Source: Candidatus Falkowbacteria bacterium RIFOXYA2_FULL_47_19 (GTDB lineage: Bacteria > Patescibacteriota > Patescibacteriia > Patescibacteriales > UBA12075). Taken from it: a DNA stretch of 64,000 bases. Below the pieces are notes generated by a model. The model saw only the letters and a list, made by a program, of their open reading frames with translations. It did no database searches and was not told the DNA's origin. How positions within the stretch are numbered: position 1 is the first letter of the stretch; every line of letters starts with the position of its first letter. The stretch is from contig MFGB01000020.1 of NCBI GenBank assembly GCA_001780275.1, forward strand, positions 40,813 to 104,812, written 5' to 3'. This document shows, in pieces, positions 38,471 through 47,527 of this stretch. A program made the translations under genes and the position numbers.

Positions 38471-39001
38471 CTAGGGCTCTAATATTTCTATCTTGACGTG
38501 CTTTACGCCAAATTTTTTCGCGTCGGTCTTGTCGGCCATCCAAATATCCACCCGATCATCATAACGTTCGTTCATGCGATCCCTGACCGTAAAGACACGA
38601 TCTCCGAATAAATCCGGAATTCGCACCTGCGTACCGAATTTTAGCCAATTAGCGGCAATCGTGTCTTCGATTCCATGTTCACAAACATTAAAACCGTTTG
38701 CCGTCACGCAAGGAGAATCGTCACATTGGTTTTTTTCGGAATTATAGGCGGTAACCGTGCGGTAAGTTATTTTTAATGCTTTCCGGTTTTCGTTTAGAGG
38801 TAAATTATTTATAAATTCTTTGACTATTACCGGCTCTTCAACCACCGGTTCGATCATTTCCTCGTCAATACTGTTTATTTCGATAGCTAAAACAGGGGCA
38901 GGAAAAAGGAAAAAATCAAAAACTATGATAATAATTAATGAAAAAATTATCTTTTTGGCTAGTTTTAAAGAAATATTTTTTTCTTTTAATAACGTTTTCA
39001 T
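38471..39001 (-). CDS. 3D-domain (MltA-like lytic transglycosylase-related) protein
   Basis: TAYNS...QCD.SP..TANG...IAAN.L.FGT...DRM...RVDIWM. Confidence 0.88.
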   Translation of the reverse strand: MKTLLKEKNISLKLAKKIIFSLIIIIVFDFFLFPAPVLAIEINSIDEEMIEPVVEEPVIVKEFINNLPLNENRKALKITYRTVTAYNSEKNQCDDSPCVTANGFNVCEHGIEDTIAANWLKFGTQVRIPDLFGDRVFTVRDRMNERYDDRVDIWMADKTDAKKFGVKHVKIEILEP

Positions 39002-39252
39002 GCGTAGTAATCAAATAAAAAACCCTATCATACGTAAACGTATAAAGATAGGGATTTTCTTCATCTAATTTAATCTTATCATACCGCAAAGATAAAGTCA
39101 AGGTCAATTTCCAAAATCTATCATATATTAGCAAAAATTCTCATTAATTTTTAAACTATCTGTAATATTGTTGTTTATATATGAGTGGTTTTGGGTTTAA
39201 TTTATTTATAGATCATTAAAAATAACAATAAACGATAAAAAAGGGGGGGACC

Positions 39253-39765
39253 ATGAAAATCGGCCACGCGCTCATAATCTGCGCTCTGCTTTTTTCAGGG
39301 TGTACTGTTTTTAGAAACGCGACGGTGGAAATTAAAAAAGACGCCGACGGAAAAGTGGTTACTTCGCGTTATAAAAGTACCGAAAGGGGTTTTGTGTCCG
39401 ACCGGGGAGAAAGGGTCGGTGATTGGGCTACGGCGGATTCGATGGCCCGAAGCGGCAGCCAGGAGGAGTTCGTAAACCAGACCGGTAAACCCTTGCACAA
39501 TAAAGGCTATCTTATAAAATTAAGAAATGGTTTATGGCTGGCGAATATCTACTATGGCGAAACCGACGACGAACTATATACTCGGGTGATCATGCATCAA
39601 AACAAAAAAGCCGAACTATACCTGCCGGACGGATATTATCATGTCAGATGGACGGAATTATCCGGCTCCGGACAGGAAATTAAAAGTGAACCCTTTTTCG
39701 TCCGTCCCGGAAAGATCGTTTACTATGACGAGGAGCCTTTGGGCTGGATACAGGGCCTGAATTAA
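39253..39765 (+). CDS. Putative lipoprotein
   Basis: Lipobox FSGC after a short signal peptide. Confidence 0.7.
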   Translation: MKIGHALIICALLFSGCTVFRNATVEIKKDADGKVVTSRYKSTERGFVSDRGERVGDWATADSMARSGSQEEFVNQTGKPLHNKGYLIKLRNGLWLANIYYGETDDELYTRVIMHQNKKAELYLPDGYYHVRWTELSGSGQEIKSEPFFVRPGKIVYYDEEPLGWIQGLN

Positions 39766-39820
39766 ATCCAAAAAAAAGCATCCGATCTTTAACGGATGCT
39801 TTCTTAATATCAAATTTAAA

Positions 39821-40246
39821 CTAACCTCCGAAGGCGCTAGGATTTCCACTCATCGCGGCATCCAGGGCAGTAAAGACAAAATAGGTGATCGAATAAGCGG
39901 CCACGATTATGATCAAGCCTATTACAGCGCGCTTGATCGTGTCTTTGGCTTTTTCGACTTTCTGTTCTTCGCCGGCGGCCGTCATCCAGTTATAGCCGCC
40001 GTATATTATAAGCACGATAAATATAATGCCCAAAAGGCTTAAAAAACCTGTTAATATCGTGGCGACAATACTCCCCGGATTCTGGCCGGAAGCGAAACCG
40101 GCCGCCGTACCCAGGCTATCGCCGGCGCCTATTATCCTGTCCGCGGCATCTCCCGTAAGCAGCGCGGCCTTAACGCCGAAAAACGGAATTAAAAGGAGAG
40201 CGACCGATCCATATCCGAATATTTTTTTTATGATCTTTATTATCAT
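39821..40246 (-). CDS. TrbC/VirB2-type pilin 9
   Basis: GGYNWMTAAGEEQKVEKAK..I..AVIGLIII; start reassigned to ATG 40246. Confidence 0.85.
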   Translation of the reverse strand: MIIKIIKKIFGYGSVALLLIPFFGVKAALLTGDAADRIIGAGDSLGTAAGFASGQNPGSIVATILTGFLSLLGIIFIVLIIYGGYNWMTAAGEEQKVEKAKDTIKRAVIGLIIIVAAYSITYFVFTALDAAMSGNPSAFGG

Positions 40247-40644
40247 ATTTCTAAAATGATAGCGTTGGAAATGAATTGCCAGATAGCGAACGATCCGACC
40301 ACTATTATAAGACCGATAAGAGCCCGGCTTATCGTGTCTTTCGCTTTCGAAACCTTTTGTTCGTCGCCGGCGGCCGTCATCCAATTATAACCGCCGAATA
40401 ATATCAATACGATGAATATTACTCCCAATAGGCTTAAAAAGGCCTTAATTATGACGCCCACCACGGTTATGAAGGTGTTATTATATTCCCCGTCTTCATA
40501 AGGGGCGTAACCGGCGCCTTCGGTACCTACTTTTTCCAGATTATCCAGCGGCGTAGCGGCAAAAACAAAATAGGGGACGATCAATACTGCCAATAAGAAA
40601 AAAAGTAAAATCAAATGCCGATATTCTTTTATTTTATTCATCAT
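40243..40644 (-). CDS. TrbC/VirB2-type pilin 8
   Basis: GGYNWMTAAGDEQKVSKAK motif between two hydrophobic helices. Confidence 0.85.
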   Translation of the reverse strand: MMNKIKEYRHLILLFFLLAVLIVPYFVFAATPLDNLEKVGTEGAGYAPYEDGEYNNTFITVVGVIIKAFLSLLGVIFIVLILFGGYNWMTAAGDEQKVSKAKDTISRALIGLIIVVGSFAIWQFISNAIILEI

Positions 40645-40673
40645 ATGGTCAAAGTTTAAATATTATTCGGACA

Positions 40674-41078
40674 TCATACTTCCTGCATGGTTTCCGCGCC
40701 GATCTGGCTTAACACGAAATAACTGATAGCGTAAGCGGCTAAGACTATGATCAAACCGATGACAGCGGCCGTGATCAGATTCTTGGCTTTCTCTACCTGC
40801 TGATCGTTGCCCCGGGCGAGCATCCACGTATATCCGGCATAGATCATCAATATTAGAAACACAACACCCACGAAAGATAAGGCGGCCTGGATAACTTTTC
40901 CTATAAGAACGGCCGGATCCGCGTCGCTTCTGTAGCCGGCGCCCGTTGATCCGGCCACGTCGTTTAGGGGCTGCTTGAAGGCATCGCCCAAATTAGCGGC
41001 TTCGGCGGACGGAATAAAAACCGCCAGCAATATTACCGCGGCAATCAAATATTTATTGATCTTCAAAAGTTTAAGCAT
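40674..41078 (-). CDS. TrbC/VirB2-type pilin 7
   Basis: AGYTWMLARGNDQQVEKAK motif. Confidence 0.85.
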   Translation of the reverse strand: MLKLLKINKYLIAAVILLAVFIPSAEAANLGDAFKQPLNDVAGSTGAGYRSDADPAVLIGKVIQAALSFVGVVFLILMIYAGYTWMLARGNDQQVEKAKNLITAAVIGLIIVLAAYAISYFVLSQIGAETMQEV

Positions 41079-41122
41079 ACGTTTTTCGTTCGCTTATAAT
41101 ATATCAGGTTTTTTAAAAATCA

Positions 41123-41527
41123 CTAGCCGACCGCGGTGCTTCCGGCTAATTGCCCGCCGATAAAAACGGTTATGGCATAAGCGAGCATTATTATTATAAG
41201 TCCGATCGTGGCGTTAACGATCGTGCCCTTGGCTTTTTCCGCGACCTGCTCGTTGCCCCGGGCCATCATCCAGGAGTAACCGGCGTAGATCATTATAATA
41301 AGGAAAACCACCCCCAGAAAAGACAAGAGGACCTTGATTATCATCCCGAGCATCTGCGCCGGGGATCTTTGGGTCAGACTGATGGAAGCGTGGCCGGTAG
41401 CCTGTCCGGTTTCTTTAATGCCGCTCTCATCTATAAAACTATAAGCTGAACAATCGTTAACCGCCGGAATCGCTGACAGCAGCCACAAGAAAAAAAATAT
41501 AGAAAAAAATATTTGGCCGTATTTCAT
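41123..41527 (-). CDS. TrbC/VirB2-type pilin 6
   Basis: AGYSWMMARGNEQVAEKAK motif. Confidence 0.85.
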   Translation of the reverse strand: MKYGQIFFSIFFFLWLLSAIPAVNDCSAYSFIDESGIKETGQATGHASISLTQRSPAQMLGMIIKVLLSFLGVVFLIIMIYAGYSWMMARGNEQVAEKAKGTIVNATIGLIIIMLAYAITVFIGGQLAGSTAVG

Positions 41528-41561
41528 AATAAACTGCCGCCGGACAAGATCCGGATCGTTT

Positions 41562-41948
41562 TTAAGTCGGGGAGGTTAGCGCCCGGCCTATAAATGCGGT
41601 AAGCGCGTAAGCCGCCAAAACTATTATAAGACCGATGGCCGCCTGCTCGATCAGACTCTTCGCTTTTGCGACCTCCTGCTCGTTGCCCCGGGCCATCATC
41701 CAGGTAAAGCCGCCATAGATCACCAAAAGAAAAAAGATAATACCGGTAAAAGCAAGTATCGAACCGACGATCTTGCCTATGGTGGCTGGAACCGTGCCGC
41801 GCGGTACTGTGCCGTAGCCTTCTTTGGCGGTGATATTAAGGCCGTCTAAGGCCTCCTTCCCCGCGTCGGCGTAAACCGTCTGGAAAAACGCCAGGAAAAC
41901 CAGGCTAAAGAGCATAAATACGACAAAATGGGATTTAACGGAAAACAT
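41562..41948 (-). CDS. TrbC/VirB2-type pilin 5
   Basis: GGFTWMMARGNEQEVAKAK motif. Confidence 0.85.
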   Translation of the reverse strand: MFSVKSHFVVFMLFSLVFLAFFQTVYADAGKEALDGLNITAKEGYGTVPRGTVPATIGKIVGSILAFTGIIFFLLVIYGGFTWMMARGNEQEVAKAKSLIEQAAIGLIIVLAAYALTAFIGRALTSPT

Positions 41949-42082
41949 AAATTATCAATATGGTTAGAACACTGTTACGGGCATGAACGCGAATCTGCTT
42001 CACGCCCATAACAGTGGAACCCGATTAGAAAAACCGGGTTTCCACAATTATAAAAAAACGTAAAAGATCTTTGTTAAGACGA

Positions 42083-42484
42083 TTAACCCGTGGCGTTCGT
42101 AGCGTTATACAAAGCGTTGATCACGAACTGGGCGATGGCGAAGGCCGCTAAAATTACGACCAGGCCGATAATGCCGGCGGCGATCAGCTTTTTAGCCTCG
42201 TCAACCTTGCCTTCGTCTCCGGCGGCCGTCATCCATTTAAATCCGCCGAAAAGGATCAACAATACGGCGATAATACCTAAAAATCCCAAAAATATGTTAA
42301 TTACCGAACCGGCCATTTCCCTGGGGTCGGTATTGCCCAAACCGGTCGCTGTCTGAACGTTAGATTCAAAACCGCCCCAAAGCATGTTGTCGGCGGCTGA
42401 TTGCGCGTGAGCGGTCAGACCGAAAGCGAAAACCGGTAAAATAACCAGAATTGAAAGCGCTAAAACAAAAAATGTTTTTTTCAT
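42083..42484 (-). CDS. TrbC/VirB2-type pilin 4
   Basis: GGFKWMTAAGDEGKVDEAKK; signal peptide ending AHA; start MKKTFF at 42484. Confidence 0.87.
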   Translation of the reverse strand: MKKTFFVLALSILVILPVFAFGLTAHAQSAADNMLWGGFESNVQTATGLGNTDPREMAGSVINIFLGFLGIIAVLLILFGGFKWMTAAGDEGKVDEAKKLIAAGIIGLVVILAAFAIAQFVINALYNATNATG

Positions 42485-42632
42485 ATTCACCCCCAATCTA
42501 TTAATTAACAATTAATATAAACCGTGTCTTTCCGATTAACGGTCTTCCTGCGGCCATAAACGCGAATTGTCGTGTTCATGGCGGCGGAGTCCGCTTTAAA
42601 GCGGACGCCCGCTGATCGAATAGTTTGAATAT

Positions 42633-43034
42633 TTAACCGGTGGCGTTCGTGGCGTTGTACAAAGCGCTGATCACGAACTGGGCGATAGCGAAGGCCGCCA
42701 AGATAACGACCAAGCCGATAATACCGGCGCCGATCAATTTCTTAGCTTCATCAACCTTGCCCTCGTCTCCGGCTGCGGTCATCCACTTGAATCCGCCTAA
42801 AAGTATGATCACGACCGCGATAATACCAAGGAATCCCAATAATATATTGACCACCTGGCCCGCCATTTCTCGTGGGTCGGTGTTCCCCAAACCGGTAGCG
42901 GTCTGTACGTTGCCCTCAAACCCGCCCCAAAGCATATTGTCGGCGGCTGTTTGCGCGTGAGCGGTCAGACCAAAAGCGAAAACCGGCAAAATCACCAAAA
43001 CGGATAAAGCTAAAACGAAAAAAGTTTTTTTCAT
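42633..43034 (-). CDS. TrbC/VirB2-type pilin 3
   Basis: Near-identical to pilin 4. Confidence 0.87.
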   Translation of the reverse strand: MKKTFFVLALSVLVILPVFAFGLTAHAQTAADNMLWGGFEGNVQTATGLGNTDPREMAGQVVNILLGFLGIIAVVIILLGGFKWMTAAGDEGKVDEAKKLIGAGIIGLVVILAAFAIAQFVISALYNATNATG

Positions 43035-43231
43035 ATTTCACCCCCAATCTATTGAATAATAAAAAAATAAAATCGATACTAACTTTAATCTTAAACAAGA
43101 AACTGCAAATCCCTTTTTCGCTCCCGCCGCCATAAACGCGAAGCGCCTTTCGTGTTTATGGCGGCGGAGTCCGCTTTTTAAGTCGGACATCCGCGGATTT
43201 ATCAAAGACAGTAGCAGGTAATTATATAATA

Positions 43232-43633
43232 CTAACCGGTAGCGCCAGTGGCTCCGTATAAGGCGTTGATAACGAACTGGGCGACTCCGAAAGCGGCTAA
43301 GATCACGACTAAGCCGATAACTCCGGCGCCGATCAATTTCTTAGCTTCATCGACTTTCGCCTCGTCTCCGGCGGCCGTCATCCATTTGAATCCGCCCAAC
43401 AATATGATCACTACGGCTATTATGCCTAAAAATCCTAACATGATATTAACGACTTGCGCGGCCATCTGCCGGGGGTCGGTGTTTCCTAATCCGGTCGCCG
43501 CCTGGACGTTGGTTTCATAATTGCCCCAAAGCATGTTATCGGCGTCAGACTGGGCGTGAGCGGTCAAGCAAAAAGAAAAGATCGGTAATACCATTAAAGT
43601 AAAAATCGCTAAAACGAACATTATTTTTTTCAT
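43232..43633 (-). CDS. TrbC/VirB2-type pilin 2
   Basis: GGFKWMTAAGDEAKVDEAKK. Confidence 0.87.
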   Translation of the reverse strand: MKKIMFVLAIFTLMVLPIFSFCLTAHAQSDADNMLWGNYETNVQAATGLGNTDPRQMAAQVVNIMLGFLGIIAVVIILLGGFKWMTAAGDEAKVDEAKKLIGAGVIGLVVILAAFGVAQFVINALYGATGATG

Positions 43634-43723
43634 ATTTCACCCCCTTTCTACGGACTTGGGAAAAATATCCGATTTAGCTGCTTTTTTCCGTTTTTCCCTT
43701 GTCAAATATATATGACTTTATAA

Positions 43724-44125
43724 TTACCCGATAGCTCCGGTAGCTCCGTATAGAGCGTTCAGGATAAATTGAGCCAGGGCGAAAGCGGCCAATAATATTA
43801 TCAAACCGATCACCCCGGAGCCGATGAGCTTTTTGGCTTCCTCGACTTTCTCTTCGTTGCCGGCGGCCGTCATCCATTTGAATCCGCCCAATAAAATAAT
43901 AATAACGGCGATAATGCCGATAAAACCCAACATGATATTGACTACCCGGGCCGCCATCTCCCGCGGATCGGTATTGCCCAAACCGGTAGTGGCCTGAACA
44001 TTACCTTCTAATCCGCCCCACAGCATAACGTCAGCCTCGGATTGAGCGTGGGCGGTTAAAGCAAAGGAAAAAACCGGCAACAAAACCAATATCATCGGAA
44101 TTATGACAAATAATATTTTTTTCAT
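43724..44125 (-). CDS. TrbC/VirB2-type pilin 1
   Basis: GGFKWMTAAGNEEKVEEAKK. Confidence 0.87.
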   Translation of the reverse strand: MKKILFVIIPMILVLLPVFSFALTAHAQSEADVMLWGGLEGNVQATTGLGNTDPREMAARVVNIMLGFIGIIAVIIILLGGFKWMTAAGNEEKVEEAKKLIGSGVIGLIILLAAFALAQFILNALYGATGAIG

Positions 44126-44292
44126 ATATTTCCCACCCCCTTTCCTTTTAAAAATATATTATAAACCTTAACTTTATTTTAACATATTTTGTCATGCTTT
44201 TGCAACTTATTATTTAATAATAAAACAAATAAGGAAAATTTTTTTAATTTATGCTAAAATTGTAAATATAAACAGGCTATAACAATTTTTTA

Positions 44293-45912
44293 ATGCTTAC
44301 CATAAAAAAACTAAATTATCCCTCCCTGCTTTGGTTTTTATTTTATCTGGTTATTTTTTCCTATTTAATATTTAATTCCTATAATTACCTGGATGCTGAT
44401 CTGGGCTGGCACCTGGACGTAGGAAAGCGCATATTAGAAGAAAGATCCGTTCCTGTTGAGGAACATTATGACTATACTCTTATAAACAGGACGTGGGTGG
44501 ATCATGAATGGCTGCTTAACGTCGCAACCTATTGGCTATATGATAATTATGGTTATTTTAGCGTAAGTATATTTTTTGCCCTGATCGTGATTTTAGCCCT
44601 GATAGTCCTTAACATATATACCAGAAAATATTTTATCCGCGGCCCCGGCGGTCAGATTTTAATAGGAACCATACAATTTTTCGGCGTTTTAGCGATGGCG
44701 CCGCACCTGGGGGTCAGGATGCAGACCGCAACTTTGCTTAATTTATCGCTATTGCTTTTTATAATCCGGACCTATGAAATAACTAAAAACACCAGGGTTC
44801 TTTTCTGGTTATGGCCGCTTTTCTGTTTTTGGGCGAACTCCCACGCCGGATTTTTAATCGGTGTTTTTATGTTATTCCTGTGGATAGGGATTAAATCGCT
44901 GGAAATTGTTCTTAAAAAATTCCGGGTTTTTGCCCGGATTGACTTCATGAACGAGCGGAAAAGCGGGGAATTAGTTAAATTCCTGCTTTTTGCCCTGGGA
45001 GCGGTCGGGGCCACCCTCATAAATCCGTATGGATTAAAACTATATTCCTTCCTTCTGGATTATTCCAATAATTACTACCTGCAGGTGATCGCGGAATGGC
45101 TGCCCTCGTACTCCATGCCGATCCAGTATAAACAATTAATTTACGCGGCCCTGGTCGTGGCCATGTTAACGGTATTTACGGCCGATCTGGCGCGGAGCTG
45201 CAGAAAAAAAGAAAATTCAACCGTGGATGGCTGGCACCTGGGCATGATCCTCGTCCTTTTGTTCATGGCCGCGCAATCAAAGCGCCATTTTCCGTTGTTT
45301 TTCGTAGTTTCCTTTCCCTGGCTTATCTTTTCCCTGGTCCGCGACCTGCGTCTGCCGGCGCGCTTCGCGAAATATATTTCGGAAAATACGGTCCTGAAAA
45401 TATTCGTTCTGCCGATTTTTCTTCTGGCCGCCGCTAATTTCCTGGTCAGGGCGCAGTATGCGCCTGATCCATTTTTCTCCCCTTATTTCTGCGGCTATTA
45501 TCCTTGCGGGGCGGTGCAATACATGAAAAACAATCCCGATCTTTTGGACAGGAAGATCTTAAACGATTACGGCTGGGGCGGGTACATGATCTGGACCTGG
45601 CCCGGAAAAAAACTTTTCATTGACGGACGATTGCCCTTCTACGAGTTCAACGGGCATAGCCTCCTTGAAGAATACACGGATTTCTTTGTCGCGGGACAGG
45701 CAAAGAATAAACTTGATAAACACGGCATCGGCCTGGTATTGCTCAAACTCTACCCCAAGGTTTCCCTGAACTGGTTCGAAAGAAAATTCCTGGGATTGGA
45801 CGATAACGAGATCAATAACCAAAAAAGATATCTGCGCGATTACCTTAGGGGCGCGGCCGGCTGGGAATTAGTTTATGGCGATAAGGTCAGCGAAGTATAC
45901 GCCGAAAAATAA
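44293..45912 (+). CDS. Polytopic membrane protein, probable GT-C glycosyltransferase
   Basis: DADLGWHL..G, DHEWL, WANSHAGF, NPYG, YGWGGY...FIDGR; many TMs. Confidence 0.75.
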   Translation: MLTIKKLNYPSLLWFLFYLVIFSYLIFNSYNYLDADLGWHLDVGKRILEERSVPVEEHYDYTLINRTWVDHEWLLNVATYWLYDNYGYFSVSIFFALIVILALIVLNIYTRKYFIRGPGGQILIGTIQFFGVLAMAPHLGVRMQTATLLNLSLLLFIIRTYEITKNTRVLFWLWPLFCFWANSHAGFLIGVFMLFLWIGIKSLEIVLKKFRVFARIDFMNERKSGELVKFLLFALGAVGATLINPYGLKLYSFLLDYSNNYYLQVIAEWLPSYSMPIQYKQLIYAALVVAMLTVFTADLARSCRKKENSTVDGWHLGMILVLLFMAAQSKRHFPLFFVVSFPWLIFSLVRDLRLPARFAKYISENTVLKIFVLPIFLLAAANFLVRAQYAPDPFFSPYFCGYYPCGAVQYMKNNPDLLDRKILNDYGWGGYMIWTWPGKKLFIDGRLPFYEFNGHSLLEEYTDFFVAGQAKNKLDKHGIGLVLLKLYPKVSLNWFERKFLGLDDNEINNQKRYLRDYLRGAAGWELVYGDKVSEVYAEK

Positions 45913-45927
45913 ATATTTATTATTTTT

Positions 45928-46653
45928 ATGAATATATCAGATTATAATTCGCTAAAAAATTCCGACGAGCAGCATTTTTGGTATAAAGCCAGAAAGGTCC
46001 TGATCGATCGTCTTTTAGGGCTTTACCTCAAAGAGGACGACGGGCGGGAAATACTGAATATCGGGGCGGGACTTGGCACTGAAGCCGAAATTTTAAAAAA
46101 ATACGGACGGGTGACCGCCTTGGACAAAGACCCGGAAACGGTCGCTCTTTCGGACCGATCGGGAATAAGAACCGTGCTCGGCGACATAGAAGAGGTTGAA
46201 CCGGAAAAAAATAAATATGATTGCGTCTGCTGTTTTGATATTCTTGAACATTTGCGCGATGACCGCGCCGCCCTGAAAAAGATATATCGCGCCTTGCCGC
46301 CCGGCGGCTATTTGTTCTTTACCGCTCCGGCTTACGGCTTTTTATGGAGCGGACACGACCTTGTTACCGGACACAAAAGAAGATACACCCAAGGCGGGGT
46401 AAAAAAATTGCTCAACGAGGCCGGTTTTGAAATTCCGCTGATAGGTTATTGGAACTCCCTGCTTTTGTTGCCGGTAATGATCTACCGGCTGGCGAAAAGG
46501 GCCGCCGGCCTCGCTCCGAAAACCGACGCCCGCCCCCTGCCCCGGATCCTTAACCGCTTACTGTTCCTTGTCCTTAATTTAGAAAATAATTTTATCGGCC
46601 AAAGCATCCCTTTCGGGTTAAGTATTTACGGGACGGCCAGAAAAAAGATATGA
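45928..46653 (+). CDS. Class I SAM-dependent methyltransferase
   Basis: HFWY..R, LNIGAGLG, FDILEH, WS.HD...GH.RRY. Confidence 0.88.
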   Translation: MNISDYNSLKNSDEQHFWYKARKVLIDRLLGLYLKEDDGREILNIGAGLGTEAEILKKYGRVTALDKDPETVALSDRSGIRTVLGDIEEVEPEKNKYDCVCCFDILEHLRDDRAALKKIYRALPPGGYLFFTAPAYGFLWSGHDLVTGHKRRYTQGGVKKLLNEAGFEIPLIGYWNSLLLLPVMIYRLAKRAAGLAPKTDARPLPRILNRLLFLVLNLENNFIGQSIPFGLSIYGTARKKI

Positions 46654-47411
46654 ATATCGAATTCCATATTCCGGTATATAATGAAGAAAGGATCCTGGAA
46701 AAAAATATTACCTTCCTCCATGATTATTGCCGGAAAAATTTCGGTTTCGACTGGTCGATCGCGATCATCGTGAACGGTTCCACCGACCGCTCCCGGGTCA
46801 TAAGCGAACGCCTGGCGGCCCGGTATCCGGAGAAGATCAGGGCGGAATATTATCCGGCGGCCGGCCGGGGCGGAGCGATCAGGAATTCGTGGCTTAAAAG
46901 CCGGGCCGATATAGTTTCTTACATGGATGTCGATCTCGCGGTCGATCTTAAGAATATCAATGATCTGGTGGAACCGATCCTGGTTGACCGGGCCGATCTG
47001 GTCATCGGCTCCCGCCTCCTGTCGAACGCGAGCATTGAAAGATCTTTTATCCGCGAACTCGTTTCCCAGAGCCATCTTATTATCTCTCGGTTGATCCACC
47101 GCCATAATTTTTCCGATCTGCAGTGCGGCTTTAAAGCGGTCAGGCGAACCGCCTTCGCGGCGATCGCTCCTTATGTCGCGAACAAGGGCTGGTGGTTCGA
47201 CACCGAGACCATACTTCTCGCCAAGCTGTTCGACTACCGGATTGCGGAAATTCCGGTTATCTGGTCGGAAAACCGGTATGATAAAAGAAAAAGCAAAGTA
47301 AATCTGACGACCGACAGCTTAAACGCGCTTTTTAATCTCATTAAGCTTAAGTTCCGTCTGACCGGCTTAAAAAACAGCCTTAATATAAACGATAAAAAAA
47401 ATCTTCGCTGA
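46650..47411 (+). CDS. GT2 polyprenol-phosphate glycosyltransferase (DPM1-like)
   Basis: IPVYNEE, GSTD, MDVDL, DLQCGFKA, WFDTE. Confidence 0.9.
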   Translation: MNIEFHIPVYNEERILEKNITFLHDYCRKNFGFDWSIAIIVNGSTDRSRVISERLAARYPEKIRAEYYPAAGRGGAIRNSWLKSRADIVSYMDVDLAVDLKNINDLVEPILVDRADLVIGSRLLSNASIERSFIRELVSQSHLIISRLIHRHNFSDLQCGFKAVRRTAFAAIAPYVANKGWWFDTETILLAKLFDYRIAEIPVIWSENRYDKRKSKVNLTTDSLNALFNLIKLKFRLTGLKNSLNINDKKNLR

Positions 47412-47527
47412 AATATAAATTTTTACTCCGAATCTTGAACCGGATATCCGCTCTAAACGAGCGGATTTTTGTTTATTGTTTTCCAAATAAAAAACGGTTC
47501 GCTTTTACACGTACTGTAATTGGATCG

